Notes: generated by a model not told the origin, from the sequence alone. Positions 40,609-53,539 are shown, counted from the stretch's first letter. The stretch is 64,000 bases of DNA from an uncultured Bacteroidales bacterium (GCA_934717185.1 CAKUYQ010000016.1:3162-67161); one strand, 5' to 3'. Made by a program: numbers and translations.

Positions 40609-43600
40609 TTATTCCTCTGTAACTGTCTCTTTAGCCAATTTTGCTTTAGCCATTCTCTGATAGTCGTCCATAGAAGCAACAACAAGTTTTTCGTACTCTC
40701 TTAAGCCTGTACCTGCAGGAATAGGGTGTCCGCATATAACATTCTCCTTTAGACCCTCCAAGGTATCTACTTTACCGTAGATAGCGGCTTCGCTAAGTAC
40801 TTTGGTTGTCTCCTGGAATGATGCGGCAGACATAAAGCTGCTGGTCTTTAATGCTGCACGTGTAATACCCTGAAGCACCTGATTAGAGGTTGCAGGTACC
40901 GCATCTCTTGCCTCTACAATCTTCTTGTCCATACGTTTAAGCATAGAGTTCTCATCTCTAAGCCTTCTCACTGTAACAATTTGGCCGGCTTTGAGGTTCT
41001 CTGAGTCGCCTGCATCAAGGATAACCTTCTTATCCCAGATATTGTCGTTCTCCTGCATAAACTCCCATTTGTCAACCAACTGCTCAGGCAAGAACTTGGT
41101 GTCGCCCGGATCAACAATCTCAACCTTACGCATCATCTGTCTTACGATAATCTCAAAGTGTTTGTCGTTGATCTTAACACCCTGCATACGGTAAACCTCC
41201 TGTACCTCGTTTACAATGTACTCCTGTACTTTGGTAGGTCCCTGTATTGCAAGAATATCTGCAGGAGATATAGCACCGTCAGACAATGGCATACCTGCAC
41301 GTACATAGTCGTTCTCCTGTACCAAGATCTGCTTTGAGAGTGGAACAAGGTAATGTTTCTCCTCTCCGGTCTTGGATTTGACTATAATCTCGCGGTTACC
41401 TCTCTTTATCTTACCCATTACAACCTCTCCGTTTATCTCGGAAACAATTGCAGGGTTAGATGGGTTACGTGCCTCAAACAGCTCTGTAACACGTGGAAGA
41501 CCACCGGTGATATCGCCCGATTTACCAATTGCGCGAGGTATCTTTATGAGGACATCTCCGGCTTTCAGATCCTGATTGTTCTCAACCATGATATGTGCGC
41601 CAACAGGCAGGTTGTACTGTCTAAGCTCGTTGCCTTCGCTGTCCAAGATCCTTATTATAGGGTTCTTTGATTTGTCCCTCGACTCAATTACCACCTTCTC
41701 TCTGTGCATTGAGTACTCGTCTGCAGCCTCTTCTCTGTATGTAAGACCCTCAACAAGACCGTCATAAGCTACTTTACCGGACAACTCTGTAATGGTTGTT
41801 GCGTTGTAAGCATCCCACTCGCAGATTCTGTCACCCTTTTTAACCATGTCGCCATCCTTAAAGTACAGGATTGCTCCATATGGAATATCGTGCTGGGAGA
41901 GTGTGATTCCGGTATTTGCATCAACTATACGCATCTCTGCAGTACGGCCGATTACTATATCCTGTTTCTCTCCGTTGTCAAGCTCTTTTACAATAGTCCT
42001 AAGCTCTTCAAACTCCAATTTACCATCATATTTGGTAATAATTTCATTCTCTGTTACGCTGCTCGATGCAGTACCTCCCACGTGGAATGTTCTAAGTGTA
42101 AGCTGTGTACCGGGCTCACCAATGGACTGTGCTGCAATGACTCCAACAACCTCACCCTTCTCAACCATCTTTCCTCTTGCAAGGTTACGGCCGTAACATT
42201 TTGCACATACACCTTTTCTCGATTCACAGGTAAGCACAGACCTTATCTCAACAGCCTCAATAGGAAGCGATTCTATTGTGGATGCAATCTCCTCTGTAAT
42301 CTCCTCGCCTGCACCTACAATCAACTCACCTGTAAGAGGGTTGTATACATCGTGAACGGTTGTACGTCCTAATATTCTCTCGTACAGGGTCTCGACAATG
42401 TCATCTTTGTTCTTGATGGCTGTTGCAATAAGTCCCCTTAGTGTACCGCAATCCTCCTCGTTAATAATTACATCGTGCGATACATCTACAAGCCTTCTTG
42501 TAAGGTAACCGGCGTCTGCAGTCTTCAACGCTGTATCTGCCAAACCTTTACGTGCACCGTGTGTTGAGATGAAGTACTCCAATACAGACAGACCCTCTTT
42601 AAAGTTTGCCAAGATTGGGTTCTCAATAATCTGAGGACCCTCAGATCCTGATTTCTGAGGTTTTGCCATCAAGCCACGCATACCGCACAACTGACGGATC
42701 TGCTCTTTTGATCCACGGGCTCCCGAGTGAAGCATCATGTATACAGGGTTGAATCCATCGTTATCTGCAGCAATCTGCTTCTCTACGATATTTGTAAGTC
42801 TGGAGTTTGTATTTGTCCAGATATCAATAATCTGGTTGTATCTCTCGTTGTTGGTTATCAAACCGTTGTTGTAGCTGAACATAATGTTCTCAACGGCTTT
42901 GTAACCCTCTTCAACAAGCTCTTTCTTTTCTGCAGGGATAATAACATCTCCAAGGTTGAATGATAGGCCACCTTTGAATGCCATTGTGTATCCTATGCTC
43001 TTTATATCATCAAGGAACTGTGCTGTTCTTGCAACGCCCGATACCTTAAGAACCTTACCAATGATATCCCTTAGTGATTTCTTTGTAAGGATCTCATTTA
43101 TATATCCTACTTCCGGAGGTACTACCTGGTTGAATATAACTCTTCCGGCGGTTGTCTCCTTCATCTCATATCCGTTCTCCGGGTGCATGAAATCTTTTGG
43201 AAGTCTTACAGAGATTTTTGCATGAAGATCCAATCTCTTTTCGTTCAATGCAATGATTATCTCCTCAGGTCCGTAGAATCTCATACCTTCACCCTTTACG
43301 TTTGGCCTTGGTTTGGTAATGTAGTACAGACCAAGCACCATATCCTGAGACGGAACTGTGATAGGGGCTCCGTTGGCAGGGTTAAGGATGTTGTGAGAGC
43401 CTAACATAAGTAGCTGAGCCTCAAGTATTGCGGCATTGCCAAGAGGTAAGTGAACCGCCATCTGGTCACCGTCGAAGTCTGCATTGAATGCCGTACATGC
43501 AAGCGGATGCAGCTGAATGGCTTTTCCCTCTATAAGTTTTGGCTGGAATGCCTGAATACCAAGTCTGTGCAGGGTAGGGGCACGGTTAAGAAGTACAGGG

Positions 43601-44892
43601 TGTCCCTTCATCACATTCTCCAAAATATCCCAAATTACAGCCTCTTTCTTGTCTACTATCTTCTTTGCGGATTTAACTGTCTTTACAATACCTCTTTCAA
43701 TCAGTTTCCTAATGATGAATGGTTTGTAAAGCTCTGCAGCCATATATTTAGGAAGTCCGCATTCGTGCATCTTAAGCTCGGGGCCGACAACGATTACCGA
43801 ACGTGCCGAATAGTCTACACGTTTGCCCAACAGGTTCTGACGGAATCGTCCCTGTTTTCCTTTCAAACTGTCTGAAAGTGACTTTAGTGTTCTGTTGGCC
43901 TCTGTCTTTACTGCATTGGATTTCTTTGAGTTGTCGAACAGTGAGTCAACAGCCTCCTGAAGCATACGTTTCTCATTTCTAAGAATAACTTCAGGCGCTT
44001 TAATCTCTATAAGTCTCTTTAGACGATTGTTTCTTATGATTACTCTTCTGTAGAGGTCGTTGAGGTCTGATGTTGCAAACCTTCCTCCGTCTAACGGAAC
44101 CAATGGTCTCAAATCCGGTGGAATGACAGGTATAACCTTAAGAATCATCCATTCGGGTTTGTTTATATCTTTAGACTCCCTGAATGCCTCAATTACGCTT
44201 AATCTTTTTAGTGCCTCTGCCTTCCTCTGCTGTGATGTCTCTGTCTCTATCTTGTTTCTCAATTCGTATGAGAGGTTGTCTAAATCAATCTGAGACAGCA
44301 GTTTGTATATGGCATCTGCTCCCATGCCGGCAACGAACTTGTTAGGGTCTTCGTCGGGAAGCATCTGGTTCTCTTTTGGAAGAGAGTCGAGTACGCTCAA
44401 ATACTCCTCTTCTGTAAGGAGATCTAACTTATGTATGCCGTTCTCTGCTGCAAGCCCGGGCTGAATGACTACATATTTCTCGTAATAAACTATAGTATCC
44501 AACTTCTTTGAAGGAATGCCGAGCAGGTAACCTATCTTGTTTGGTGTTGAACGGAAATACCATATATGCGCTACAGGAACGGTAAGGGTTATGTGTCCCA
44601 TTCTCTCTCTACGAACCTTCTTCTCTGTTACCTCTACACCGCAACGGTCGCAGATGATTCCTTTGTAGCGGATTCTCTTGTACTTTCCACAATGGCACTC
44701 ATAGTCCTTAGACGGGCCGAAGATTCTCTCGCAGAAAAGTCCGTCTCTCTCCGGTTTGTAGGTACGGTAGTTGACAGTCTCAGGCTTTAGAACCTCGCCC
44801 GAAGATCTTTCCAAAATCTCTTCGGGTGAAGCCAATCCTATGCTAATTCGGTTGAAATTGCTTTTAACCTTAATCTCTTTCTTAAAAGACAT
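40609..44892 (-). CDS. rpoC: DNA-directed RNA polymerase subunit beta'
   Basis: 1427 aa with the catalytic NADFDGDQM motif and a zinc-binding [20 protein letters not shown]. Confidence 0.97.
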   Translation of the reverse strand: MSFKKEIKVKSNFNRISIGLASPEEILERSSGEVLKPETVNYRTYKPERDGLFCERIFGPSKDYECHCGKYKRIRYKGIICDRCGVEVTEKKVRRERMGHITLTVPVAHIWYFRSTPNKIGYLLGIPSKKLDTIVYYEKYVVIQPGLAAENGIHKLDLLTEEEYLSVLDSLPKENQMLPDEDPNKFVAGMGADAIYKLLSQIDLDNLSYELRNKIETETSQQRKAEALKRLSVIEAFRESKDINKPEWMILKVIPVIPPDLRPLVPLDGGRFATSDLNDLYRRVIIRNNRLKRLIEIKAPEVILRNEKRMLQEAVDSLFDNSKKSNAVKTEANRTLKSLSDSLKGKQGRFRQNLLGKRVDYSARSVIVVGPELKMHECGLPKYMAAELYKPFIIRKLIERGIVKTVKSAKKIVDKKEAVIWDILENVMKGHPVLLNRAPTLHRLGIQAFQPKLIEGKAIQLHPLACTAFNADFDGDQMAVHLPLGNAAILEAQLLMLGSHNILNPANGAPITVPSQDMVLGLYYITKPRPNVKGEGMRFYGPEEIIIALNEKRLDLHAKISVRLPKDFMHPENGYEMKETTAGRVIFNQVVPPEVGYINEILTKKSLRDIIGKVLKVSGVARTAQFLDDIKSIGYTMAFKGGLSFNLGDVIIPAEKKELVEEGYKAVENIMFSYNNGLITNNERYNQIIDIWTNTNSRLTNIVEKQIAADNDGFNPVYMMLHSGARGSKEQIRQLCGMRGLMAKPQKSGSEGPQIIENPILANFKEGLSVLEYFISTHGARKGLADTALKTADAGYLTRRLVDVSHDVIINEEDCGTLRGLIATAIKNKDDIVETLYERILGRTTVHDVYNPLTGELIVGAGEEITEEIASTIESLPIEAVEIRSVLTCESRKGVCAKCYGRNLARGKMVEKGEVVGVIAAQSIGEPGTQLTLRTFHVGGTASSSVTENEIITKYDGKLEFEELRTIVKELDNGEKQDIVIGRTAEMRIVDANTGITLSQHDIPYGAILYFKDGDMVKKGDRICEWDAYNATTITELSGKVAYDGLVEGLTYREEAADEYSMHREKVVIESRDKSKNPIIRILDSEGNELRQYNLPVGAHIMVENNQDLKAGDVLIKIPRAIGKSGDITGGLPRVTELFEARNPSNPAIVSEINGEVVMGKIKRGNREIIVKSKTGEEKHYLVPLSKQILVQENDYVRAGMPLSDGAISPADILAIQGPTKVQEYIVNEVQEVYRMQGVKINDKHFEIIVRQMMRKVEIVDPGDTKFLPEQLVDKWEFMQENDNIWDKKVILDAGDSENLKAGQIVTVRRLRDENSMLKRMDKKIVEARDAVPATSNQVLQGITRAALKTSSFMSAASFQETTKVLSEAAIYGKVDTLEGLKENVICGHPIPAGTGLREYEKLVVASMDDYQRMAKAKLAKETVTEE

Positions 44893-44920
44893 ATTATTGT
44901 GATTTCTTATTTATTAACAA

Positions 44921-47900
44921 TTAATCCAAATTCACGCTGAGTCCAAGGCCTCTTAGTTCGTGAAGCAATACATTGAGTGATTCAGGAATGCCCGGTGTAG
45001 GCATAGGATCACCTTTTACTATAGCCTCGTATGCTCTTGATCTTCCGGTAACATCGTCTGACTTTATAGTAAGGATCTCCTGAAGTACATTCGATGCTCC
45101 GAATGCTTCAAGTGCCCAAACCTCCATCTCTCCAAATCTCTGGCCTCCAAACTGTGCCTTACCTCCCAACGGCTGCTGGGTAATAAGTGAGTATGGTCCA
45201 ATTGAACGTGCGTGCATCTTGTCATCTACCATGTGTCCCAATTTGATCATGTAGGTAACGCCAACGGTAGCAGGCTGGTCAAAGTACTCTCCGGTACCGC
45301 CGTCCCTCAAATATGTCTTACCATATCTTGGCAGACCTGCCTTGTCTGTATATTCGCATATATCCTCCAAGGTAGCACCGTCAAAGATAGGGGTGGCGAA
45401 CTTAAGACCAAGCTCTTTACCTGCCCATCCCAATACAGCCTCGTAGATCTGTCCCAAGTTCATACGAGATGGCACACCAAGAGGGTTAAGTACAATATCT
45501 ACCAATGTACCGTCATCAAGGAAAGGCATATCCTCATCTCTTACAACTTTGGCAACGATACCTTTGTTACCGTGTCTACCTGCCATCTTGTCTCCAACTC
45601 TAATCTTTCTCTTCTTGGCAACATAAACCTTGGCAAGCTGCATGATACCTGTTGGAAGTTCGTCTCCGATTGTGAGATTGTATTTTATCCTCTTAAGCTC
45701 TGCATCGTACTCCTTATGAGCAATAAGGTAGTTGTTAACAAGAGACTTTATCATGTCGTTGGTGTGAGCGTCCGATGTCCAGTTGACAGGATTTATATTC
45801 TCATAATCCAATGTCTCCAAAACCTCAAAGCTGAATTTGCTTCCTTTGGCAATAAGCTCCACACCGTAAAGGTCGTTTACACCCTGAGACTCTTTACCTT
45901 TAACAAGAATCATCAGTTTGTCCAAGAATTTGGCTCTCAACTCTCCTGCCTTTCGGTTAAAGTCATCCTCTGCCGCCTGAATCTGTACCTTTGTGTTATT
46001 CTTTATCTTCTTGCCTGAACCCTCTTTACCTACGCGGGCAAACAGTCTTTTTCCTATTATAGTTCCCGACAACGATGGAGATGCCTTTAATGATGCATCC
46101 TTTACATCACCTGCCTTGTCGCCGAAGATTGCTCTAAGAAGTTTCTCCTCCGGAGATGGATCGCTTTCACCCTTAGGGGTAATCTTACCTATAAGAATAT
46201 CACCAGGCTCAACATTGGCACCAACCCTAATAATACCGTTAGAGTCAAGATCCTTGGTGGCATCCTCGCTTACGTTAGGAATGTCTGAGGTCAACTCCTC
46301 CATTCCGCGTTTGGTATCTCTTACCTCCATTATATATTCATCTACGTGAATAGATGTAAAGATATCCTCTCTTATTATTCTTTCAGACAAAACAATAGCA
46401 TCCTCAAAGTTGTATCCCTTCCAAGGCATGTACGCAACCTTAAGGTTTCTTCCAAGAGCGAGCTCTCCGTTTTGTGTTGCATATCCCTCTGTAAGAATCT
46501 GACCTTTTACTACATGGTCTCCCTTTCTTACAATAGGTTTAAGCAGGATGGATGTGCTCTGGTTGGTCTTGCGGTAGATTGGCAGATTGTAGACTGTAAT
46601 CTCAGGATCGAAGCTTACAAATTTTTCGTCATCTGTACGCTCGTATTTAACATGAATCTGAGTAGCGTCTACATACACTATCTCGCCATCTTTCTCTGCA
46701 GATACCTGTGTGCGTGAGTCCTTTACAACAGGACCCTCAAGACCTGTTCCAACGATAGGAGCCTCGGGCGATACCAAAGGTACTGCCTGTCTCATCATGT
46801 TTGATCCCATCAACGCACGGTTGGCATCATCGTGCTCGAGGAATGTGATGAGTGATGCGGCTATTGAGGCAATCTGGTTAGGAGCAACATCCATAAGGTC
46901 TACCTCATCCTTGCCTACTACAGGGTAGTCTGCCTCAAGACGGCACTTGATACGCTCATCTGTGAGGTTACCCTCCTCATCCAAATGTGCGTTTGCCTGT
47001 GCCACCATCTTGTCCTCCTCCTCCTCTGCACTCATATATACGCATCCGTTTGGAGACATATCAACCTTACCGTTGTTTACCTTTCTGTAAGGGGTCTCTA
47101 TGAAACCAAGGTCGTTGATTCTCGCGTACACGCAAAGTGAGGAGATAAGACCAATGTTAGGTCCCTCAGGTGTCTCAATAGGGCACAAACGTCCGTAGTG
47201 AGTATAGTGTACGTCTCGCACCTCAAATCCTGCGCGGTCTCTTGAAAGACCTCCGGGACCCAAAGCGGAAAGCCTTCTCTTGTGGGTCATCTCTGCCAAT
47301 GGATTGGTCTGGTCCATGAACTGAGACAACTGGCTGGTTCCAAAGAATGAGTTTATGACAGATGAGAGTGTTTTTGCATTGATAAGGTCTATTGGTGTAA
47401 AGACCTCATTGTCTCTCACATTCATTCTCTCCCTTATTGTTCTTGCCATACGTGCAAGACCAACGCTAAACTGGTTTGCCAACTGTTCGCCAACGGTTCT
47501 TATACGACGGTTACTAAGGTGGTCTATATCGTCTACGGTAGCTTTACCGTTTATAAGTTGAATCAAATATCTTATAATCTCAATTATGTCTGCCTTTGTA
47601 AGTACCCTTACATCTGTAGGTGTGCTGAGATTAAGTTTTCTGTTAAGGCGGTAACGACCTACATCGCCAAGGTCATAACGTTTGTCGGAGAAGAACAACT
47701 TGTCTATTACATCTCTTGCAGTAGCCTCGTCCGGTGGTTCCGAACTTCTTAGCTGTCTGTATGTAAATATGATAGCCTCTTTCTCCGTATTTGTCTGGTC
47801 CTTTTGCAAGGTATTGTGGATGATTGCGAACTCATTGGTAGAGGGATCGTCCTTGTGTACTAAAATGGTACTTACGCCGGAATCCAATATCTCGTCTATG

Positions 47901-48742
47901 TTCTCTTCTGTAATCTCTGTCTCCCTGTCTACTATGATATCGTTACGCTCAATGGATACAACCTCTCCGGTATCCTCATCCACGAAATCTTCGTTCCATG
48001 TCTTTAGGACTCTGGCCGCCAACTTGCAGCCAATGCATTTCTTAAGGTTTGCTTTGGTTACTTTTACCTCATTTGCAAGGCCGAATATGTCCAATATCTC
48101 TTTATCGCTCTCAAACCCTATTGCTCTCAGCAATGTGGTTACAGGCAATTTTTTCTTTCGGTCTATGTATGCGTACATGACATTGTTGATGTCTGTAGCA
48201 AACTCAATCCATGAACCTTTGAATGGTATTATCCTGGCTGAGTACAGTTTTGTTCCGTTAGCGTGCATGCTCTGACCAAAGAACACGCCGGGCGAACGGT
48301 GCAACTGAGATACAACGATTCTCTCTGATCCGTTGATGATGAATGTGCCCCTTGGGGTCATATATGGAATTGCTCCAAGATAAACATCCTGGATAACAGT
48401 GTCAAAATCTTCGTGTTCCGGATCTGTACAGTATAGTTTTAGTTTCGCTTTCAACGGTACGCAGTATGTGAGACCTCTGTCTAAGCATTCATCCATTGAA
48501 TAGCGTGAAGGATCTATGAAATAGTCTATAAACTCAAGAACAAAATTATTCCTGGTATCAGTTATTGGAAATACCTCCTGAAAGACTTTGTATAACCCTT
48601 CGTTTTTTCTGTTTTCGGCAGTAGTATCTAATTGAAAAAAGTCTTTGAAGGATTTAAGCTGTACTTCCAGAAAATCCGGATACTCTAAAAGTGATTTGGA
48701 AGTCGCGAATGTAATCCGCTGATTATTTGTTGTTTGCGACAT
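44921..48742 (-). CDS. rpoB: DNA-directed RNA polymerase subunit beta
   Basis: 1273 aa with conserved RpoB blocks ([34 protein letters not shown]). Confidence 0.97.
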   Translation of the reverse strand: MSQTTNNQRITFATSKSLLEYPDFLEVQLKSFKDFFQLDTTAENRKNEGLYKVFQEVFPITDTRNNFVLEFIDYFIDPSRYSMDECLDRGLTYCVPLKAKLKLYCTDPEHEDFDTVIQDVYLGAIPYMTPRGTFIINGSERIVVSQLHRSPGVFFGQSMHANGTKLYSARIIPFKGSWIEFATDINNVMYAYIDRKKKLPVTTLLRAIGFESDKEILDIFGLANEVKVTKANLKKCIGCKLAARVLKTWNEDFVDEDTGEVVSIERNDIIVDRETEITEENIDEILDSGVSTILVHKDDPSTNEFAIIHNTLQKDQTNTEKEAIIFTYRQLRSSEPPDEATARDVIDKLFFSDKRYDLGDVGRYRLNRKLNLSTPTDVRVLTKADIIEIIRYLIQLINGKATVDDIDHLSNRRIRTVGEQLANQFSVGLARMARTIRERMNVRDNEVFTPIDLINAKTLSSVINSFFGTSQLSQFMDQTNPLAEMTHKRRLSALGPGGLSRDRAGFEVRDVHYTHYGRLCPIETPEGPNIGLISSLCVYARINDLGFIETPYRKVNNGKVDMSPNGCVYMSAEEEEDKMVAQANAHLDEEGNLTDERIKCRLEADYPVVGKDEVDLMDVAPNQIASIAASLITFLEHDDANRALMGSNMMRQAVPLVSPEAPIVGTGLEGPVVKDSRTQVSAEKDGEIVYVDATQIHVKYERTDDEKFVSFDPEITVYNLPIYRKTNQSTSILLKPIVRKGDHVVKGQILTEGYATQNGELALGRNLKVAYMPWKGYNFEDAIVLSERIIREDIFTSIHVDEYIMEVRDTKRGMEELTSDIPNVSEDATKDLDSNGIIRVGANVEPGDILIGKITPKGESDPSPEEKLLRAIFGDKAGDVKDASLKASPSLSGTIIGKRLFARVGKEGSGKKIKNNTKVQIQAAEDDFNRKAGELRAKFLDKLMILVKGKESQGVNDLYGVELIAKGSKFSFEVLETLDYENINPVNWTSDAHTNDMIKSLVNNYLIAHKEYDAELKRIKYNLTIGDELPTGIMQLAKVYVAKKRKIRVGDKMAGRHGNKGIVAKVVRDEDMPFLDDGTLVDIVLNPLGVPSRMNLGQIYEAVLGWAGKELGLKFATPIFDGATLEDICEYTDKAGLPRYGKTYLRDGGTGEYFDQPATVGVTYMIKLGHMVDDKMHARSIGPYSLITQQPLGGKAQFGGQRFGEMEVWALEAFGASNVLQEILTIKSDDVTGRSRAYEAIVKGDPMPTPGIPESLNVLLHELRGLGLSVNLD

Positions 48743-48765
48743 TGTTTTAGGGTTGGTTGAAAATA

Positions 48766-48814
48766 AACTTAAAAAAACGACAAAAAGGTTTAGAGCTATA
48801 TTTAGCTCTAAACC
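48766..48814 (-). terminator. rplL-rpoB intergenic hairpin (attenuator/partial terminator)
   Basis: Perfect 11-bp stem ggtttagagct / agctctaaacc (48787..48814). On the minus strand it is followed by TTTTTGTCGTTTTTTT. Confidence 0.6.
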
Positions 48815-48845
48815 TGACTATTTCCCGTTTGACGGGGAGAGAAGT

Positions 48846-49220
48846 TTATTTAACTTCAACTTCTCCTCCGGCTTCTTCAAGTTGTGCTTTAATCTGCTCA
48901 GCCTCAGCTTTAGATATTTTCTCTTTAACAGCCTTAGGTGCACCGTCTACCAACTCTTTAGCCTCTTTAAGACCAAGACCGGTGATCTCTTTTACAGCCT
49001 TAACGATCTGTAGTTTTGCCTGACCGGCTGATTTAAGGATAACGTCAAACTCAGTCTGCTCAGCTGCAGCAGCAGGACCGGCAGCAGGGCCGGCAGCAAC
49101 AGCAACGGCAGCAGCAGCAGGCTCAATTCCATATTCCTCTTTAAGAACTTTAGCAAGTTCCTGTACATCTTTTACAGATAGATTCACTAACTCTTCCGCA
49201 AATTTTTTGATATCTGCCAT
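48846..49220 (-). CDS. rplL: 50S ribosomal protein L7/L12
   Basis: 124 aa with an Ala/Pro-rich hinge and a conserved C-terminal domain ([15 protein letters not shown]). Confidence 0.95.
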   Translation of the reverse strand: MADIKKFAEELVNLSVKDVQELAKVLKEEYGIEPAAAAVAVAAGPAAGPAAAAEQTEFDVILKSAGQAKLQIVKAVKEITGLGLKEAKELVDGAPKAVKEKISKAEAEQIKAQLEEAGGEVEVK

Positions 49221-49252
49221 GATTTCTAATTTTTATGTGTTATTATTATTAT

Positions 49253-49780
49253 TTACTCTTTTTCTGATAAAGTTTTTACGATACCTGCAATCTTGCCACC
49301 ACCTTGTGATGTAAGAGCTGAAATAACGTTCTTAACAGGCGACTGCAGTAATCCGATAATATCTCCGATAAGTTCCTCTTTAGATTTGATATTAACCAAA
49401 GTCTCAAGATTGTCTGCACCAATGTACGCGCAGCTGTCAACGAATGCACCTTTAAGTGCTGGTTTTCCGTTTGCCTCCTTGCTGAACTCTTTCATAAGTT
49501 TTGCAGGAGCGTTGCCAACGCTTGTAAACATTATAGCAGATGAACCTTTCATGATAGGCTCAAATTGCTGGTAGTTTTCAATACCTTTCTGCTCCAAAGC
49601 CTTGTAGAAGAGGGTATTTTTAACTACAACAAGTTTTATCTGTTTTTCGAAGCAAGCACGACGCAATTTTGATGTGAGCTCTGCATTGAGTCCTTCAATG
49701 TCTGTCACATAAAAATTAGGAGTCTCCTCAAGACGTGCTGCTATGCTATCAATAATTTGTACTTTTTCTTCTTTTCTCAT
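49253..49780 (-). CDS. rplJ: 50S ribosomal protein L10
   Basis: 175 aa at the position between rplA and rplL, with L10-like sequence. Confidence 0.9.
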   Translation of the reverse strand: MRKEEKVQIIDSIAARLEETPNFYVTDIEGLNAELTSKLRRACFEKQIKLVVVKNTLFYKALEQKGIENYQQFEPIMKGSSAIMFTSVGNAPAKLMKEFSKEANGKPALKGAFVDSCAYIGADNLETLVNIKSKEELIGDIIGLLQSPVKNVISALTSQGGGKIAGIVKTLSEKE

Positions 49781-49793
49781 AACAGATTATTTT

Positions 49794-50495
49794 TTATTCA
49801 GCAGCACCAAAGGTCTTGCTATCAATACAAATACCAGGGCCCATTGTAGAAGAGATAAAGATACTCTTAATATATGTTCCTTTAAGCGCCTGAGGTTTAA
49901 GTTTAACAATTGTATTGAGGAACTCAGTAGCATTTTCTGAAAGCTGTTTTGCATCAAATGATACCTTTCCAATGCTGCTGTGGACAATACCTTGTTTGTC
50001 AACTTTAAAGTCGATTTTACCGGCTTTAACCTCTTTTACTGCCTTGCCTATCTCCATGGTAACAGTACCGGTTTTAGGGTTTGGCATAAGGCCTCTAGGT
50101 CCGAGTATCCTACCAATAGCACCTATCTTAGCCATTACTGATGGTGTACAGATAATTACGTCAACATCTGTCCATCCACCTTTTATTTTATCAATATACT
50201 CATCCAACCCAACAAAGTCTGCTCCGGCCTCTTTGGCCTCGTTTTCTTTATCGGGGGTACACAATACCAATACGCGGGTTTGCTTTCCTGTTCCGTGCGG
50301 AAGTGTCACAACGCCGCGAACCATCTGGTTGGCCTTACGTGGGTCAACTCCTAAGCGAACAGCAAGATCAACTGATGCATCGAACTTGGTAAAGCTGGTT
50401 GCTTTTGCAAGTTCACAAGCCTCAGTAAGCTTGTACTGTTTGCCAGCCTCTACTTTTGCTTCAGCTGCCTTTAGATTCTTTGTAAGCTTGCTCAT
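49794..50495 (-). CDS. rplA: 50S ribosomal protein L1
   Basis: 233 aa with the VTLPHGTGK and [10 protein letters not shown] motifs. Confidence 0.95.
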   Translation of the reverse strand: MSKLTKNLKAAEAKVEAGKQYKLTEACELAKATSFTKFDASVDLAVRLGVDPRKANQMVRGVVTLPHGTGKQTRVLVLCTPDKENEAKEAGADFVGLDEYIDKIKGGWTDVDVIICTPSVMAKIGAIGRILGPRGLMPNPKTGTVTMEIGKAVKEVKAGKIDFKVDKQGIVHSSIGKVSFDAKQLSENATEFLNTIVKLKPQALKGTYIKSIFISSTMGPGICIDSKTFGAAE

Positions 50496-50507
50496 GTGCG
50501 TGTGATT

Positions 50508-50954
50508 TTATTTTACGTCGGCAGGAAATGTTCCTTCCACATTAATACCCATACTTCTTGCAGTACCTGCTACCATGCTCATCGCTGCTTTAAGAGTGAA
50601 TGCGTTCATATCCGGCATTTTGTCTTGTGCTATTGCGCGAACCTGATCCCAAGTTATAGTTGCAACCTTCTTACGGTTTGGCTCTGCAGAACCAGACTGT
50701 ATTTTAGCAGCTTCCTTTAACTGTACAGCTACAGGTGGTTGCTTAACTACGAAAGTAAATGATTTATCACTGAAAACTGTAATAATCACTGGCAATACCT
50801 TACCGGCCTTGTCTTGAGTACGAGCATTAAATTGCTTGCAGAAATCCATAATATTCACACCTTTTGAACCAAGTGCCGGTCCTACAGGAGGTGATGGATT
50901 AGCGGCTCCGCCTTTGATCTGCAATTTAATGAATGCGGCAATTTCTTTAGCCAT
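50508..50954 (-). CDS. rplK: 50S ribosomal protein L11
   Basis: 148 aa with the PPVGPALG motif. Confidence 0.95.
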   Translation of the reverse strand: MAKEIAAFIKLQIKGGAANPSPPVGPALGSKGVNIMDFCKQFNARTQDKAGKVLPVIITVFSDKSFTFVVKQPPVAVQLKEAAKIQSGSAEPNRKKVATITWDQVRAIAQDKMPDMNAFTLKAAMSMVAGTARSMGINVEGTFPADVK

Positions 50955-50966
50955 AATAATTAATTT

Positions 50967-51509
50967 TTATACTTTTACTATTTGAACAAAATTTAGCTCT
51001 ACTATTGTCTTTCTGCCAAAGATCATTACGCTTACCTTGAGTTTCTTCTTGTCATCCAAGACCTCCTCAACCACTGCGTTGAAATCTTTGAAAGGGCCAT
51101 CCGTAACTTTTACCTTTTCTCCTTTGATGAATGGAGTCATATTCTCCTCATCTTTCTCAATAGACTCATCTACCTGTTGCAGAATCTGTCTTATCTCTGC
51201 CGGTCTTAAAGGAATAGCTTTATCTTTGGTTCCCATTATGTCTACAACACCGTTAACACTCTTTATTGCAGAGTAGACCTCTTTGGTCATCGCTGCCTCA
51301 ATAAAGAGGTAACCTGGGTATAAAAGCTTTTCGGAATTGACTTTTTTACCGTTCTTTACTTGAAAGATTCTTTCTGTAGGAATGAGAATTTTAGAAACTG
51401 AAGAAGAGAGGTTCAACCTCTCGATTTCATTTTCGATATATTCCTTTACTCGTTTCTCGGCACTGGAGAAAACTCTGAGTGCATACCAGTCTTTGGTTGT
51501 GTTTGCCAT
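50967..51509 (-). CDS. nusG: transcription termination/antitermination factor NusG
   Basis: 180 aa with WYALRV at the N-terminus and a C-terminal KOW domain (GEKVKVTDGPFKDFNAVV). Confidence 0.93.
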   Translation of the reverse strand: MANTTKDWYALRVFSSAEKRVKEYIENEIERLNLSSSVSKILIPTERIFQVKNGKKVNSEKLLYPGYLFIEAAMTKEVYSAIKSVNGVVDIMGTKDKAIPLRPAEIRQILQQVDESIEKDEENMTPFIKGEKVKVTDGPFKDFNAVVEEVLDDKKKLKVSVMIFGRKTIVELNFVQIVKV

Positions 51510-51511
51510 GA

Positions 51512-51706
51512 TTAGTATAACATCTTATAGATCGTCTTCATAACGTTCTCAAATGCGAAATCCATTAGGAAGACAACGACAGCAATAATCACGGAAGCTA
51601 CCATAACAAGTATAGCTGAGCTCTGGAGTTGTGACCATGTTGGCCAACTCACTTTTTTTGTAAGTTCGTTGTACGACTCTTTAAAATACAAAGCTATTCT
51701 GTTCAT
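51512..51706 (-). CDS. secE: preprotein translocase subunit SecE
   Basis: 64 aa with a single C-terminal TM helix. It sits between tRNA-Trp and nusG. Confidence 0.85.
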   Translation of the reverse strand: MNRIALYFKESYNELTKKVSWPTWSQLQSSAILVMVASVIIAVVVFLMDFAFENVMKTIYKMLY

Positions 51707-51784
51707 ATCATTTTAATTATGATAACTACAAATGGAAGCTTTTGCGTTACCTGATTAAATAACCAAATCGTAACTTTTGGTTAG

Positions 51785-51855
51785 CAGGGACAGAGCGATT
51801 CGAACGCCCATCAATGGTTTTGGAGACCACTATTCTACCCTTGAACTATGTCCCT
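51785..51855 (-). tRNA. tRNA-Trp (anticodon CCA)
   Basis: Hand-folded cloverleaf on the minus strand. Acceptor AGGGACA/TGTCCCT, anticodon loop CTCCAAA, T-loop TTCGAAT. No CCA is encoded. Confidence 0.88.
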
Positions 51856-51908
51856 ATAAAAAGCTATCATCATCTTTTGGTGATGATAGCCTTTTTATTT
51901 GATATTAA

Positions 51909-53096
51909 TTATTCCAAAATCTTGGTTACCTGGCCGGCACCTACTGTTCTACCACCCTCACGGATTGCAAAACGTAGACCCTCGTTGATAGCTACAGGGT
52001 AGATAAGCTCTACTGTAATTGTAACGTTATCACCTGGCATTACCATCTCTACACCCTCTGGAAGAAGAATCTCTCCTGTTACATCCAATGTACGGATGAA
52101 GAACTGAGGACGATATTTGTTGTGGAATGGAGTGTGACGTCCACCCTCTTCTTTCTTAAGAACGTAGATCTCAGCCTGGAATTTCTTATGAGGAGTGATT
52201 GTACCAGGTTTAGCAATAACCTGACCTCTCTTAATCTCTTTCTTATCAATACCACGAAGAAGCAAACCTACGTTATCACCAGCCTCACCCTCATCAAGAA
52301 GTTTTCTAAACATCTCAACTCCGGTAACAGTTGATTTCTTAGGCTCCTCGCCAAGACCGATAATCTGAACCTCTTCACCAACTTTGATAACACCGGTCTC
52401 AATTCTACCGGTAGCAACTGTACCACGACCTGTGATTGAGAATACATCCTCAACCGGCATTAGGAATGGTTTTTCGTTATCACGTGGAGGAAGCGGAATG
52501 TACTCGTCAACTGCATCCATAAGCTCCATGATCTTAGCCTCCCATTTAGGGTCACCGTTAAGAGCACCTAAAGCAGAACCGCGGATGATAGGGGTGTTGT
52601 CGCCATCGAAGTTGTAGAAGCTAAGAAGCTCACGAACCTCCATCTCAACAAGGTCAATCATCTCAGGGTCGTCAACGATATCAACTTTGTTCAAGAATAC
52701 AACGATTCTAGGAACGTTTACCTGACGAGCAAGAAGGATGTGCTCACGAGTCTGAGGCATAGGACCGTCGGTAGCAGCAACAACCAAGATAGCACCGTCC
52801 ATCTGTGCAGCACCTGTAACCATGTTCTTTACATAGTCGGCGTGGCCGGGACAGTCAACGTGAGCATAGTGACGTTTTGCAGTCTGATACTCTACGTGTG
52901 CAGTATTAATAGTGATACCACGCTCTTTCTCCTCCGGAGCGTTGTCGATAGAGTCAAATGAACGTAACTCAGAAAGACCCTGCTTTGCAAGTACTGTAGT
53001 AATAGCAGCAGTCAAAGTGGTTTTACCGTGGTCAACGTGGCCGATAGTACCAATGTTAACGTGTGGTTTATCCCTTTTAAAAGTTTCTTTTGCCAT
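51909..53096 (-). CDS. tuf: elongation factor Tu
   Basis: 395 aa with the [14 protein letters not shown] and NKVD GTPase motifs. Confidence 0.98.
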   Translation of the reverse strand: MAKETFKRDKPHVNIGTIGHVDHGKTTLTAAITTVLAKQGLSELRSFDSIDNAPEEKERGITINTAHVEYQTAKRHYAHVDCPGHADYVKNMVTGAAQMDGAILVVAATDGPMPQTREHILLARQVNVPRIVVFLNKVDIVDDPEMIDLVEMEVRELLSFYNFDGDNTPIIRGSALGALNGDPKWEAKIMELMDAVDEYIPLPPRDNEKPFLMPVEDVFSITGRGTVATGRIETGVIKVGEEVQIIGLGEEPKKSTVTGVEMFRKLLDEGEAGDNVGLLLRGIDKKEIKRGQVIAKPGTITPHKKFQAEIYVLKKEEGGRHTPFHNKYRPQFFIRTLDVTGEILLPEGVEMVMPGDNVTITVELIYPVAINEGLRFAIREGGRTVGAGQVTKILE

Positions 53097-53139
53097 AATA
53101 AATAAATTAATTAATTGTATATTTTTTACACACTGATAG

Positions 53140-53211
53140 AGCCGGTGATGAGATTTGAACTCATGACCTCTTCCTTACCAAGGAAGCGCTCTACCCCTGA
53201 GCTACACTGGC
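53140..53211 (-). tRNA. tRNA-Thr (anticodon GGT)
   Basis: Cloverleaf with anticodon stem-loop CTTCC-TTGGTAA-GGAAG and T-arm ATGAG-TTCAAAT-CTCAT. Acceptor GCCAGTG/CACCGGC has an A4:C69 mismatch. Confidence 0.88.
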
Positions 53212-53225
53212 GAACACAAAAAAAG

Positions 53226-53298
53226 AGCGGAAGACGAGGTTCGAACCCGCGACCCTCAGCTTGGAAGGCTGATGCTCTACCAACTGAGCTACTTCCGC
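53226..53298 (-). tRNA. tRNA-Gly (anticodon TCC)
   Basis: Acceptor GCGGAAG/CTTCCGC, anticodon stem-loop TCAGC-CTTCCAA-GCTGA, T-loop TTCGAAC. Confidence 0.88.
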
Positions 53299-53303
53299 AA
53301 TTG

Positions 53304-53386
53304 TGGGGAGAGCAGGATTCGAACCTACGAAGTCGTACGACAGCAGATTTACAGTCTGCCCCAGTTGGCCACTTTGGTATCTCCCC
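53304..53386 (-). tRNA. tRNA-Tyr (anticodon GTA), long variable arm
   Basis: Acceptor GGGGAGA/TCTCCCC, anticodon stem-loop GCAGA-CTGTAAA-TCTGC, long variable arm, T-loop TTCGAAT. Confidence 0.88.
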
Positions 53387-53408
53387 TAATTTACTTCAAA
53401 TAACTTTG

Positions 53409-53482
53409 AGCCGATGGAGGGATTCGAACCCACGACCCGCTGATTACAAATCAGCTGCTCTGGCCAACTGAGCTACATCGGC
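53409..53482 (-). tRNA. tRNA-Thr (anticodon TGT)
   Basis: Acceptor GCCGATG/CATCGGC, anticodon stem-loop CTGAT-TTGTAAT-CAGC, T-loop TTCGAAT. Confidence 0.9.
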
Positions 53483-53539
53483 AATATGTCAATCCCCTCT
53501 GATGCGTGTCTAAAACACTTTTCTTTTCGTTTGGGATTG

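Noticed and set aside
45212-46018. 268-aa ORF antisense to rpoB. Similar long antisense ORFs lie at 47682..48275, 41890..42372 and 43450..43875, inside rpoB and rpoC.
   Set aside because: These are shadow ORFs opposite highly conserved genes. Their translations are low-complexity and Leu/Ser/Cys-rich, with no recognisable motifs.
49915-50505. 196-aa ORF antisense to rplA.
   Set aside because: It is a shadow ORF of a ribosomal protein gene, with a Ser/Pro-rich translation and no recognisable domain.
53115-53471. 118-aa ORF on the plus strand.
   Set aside because: It spans four minus-strand tRNA genes. The reading frame is an artefact of the tRNA cluster.
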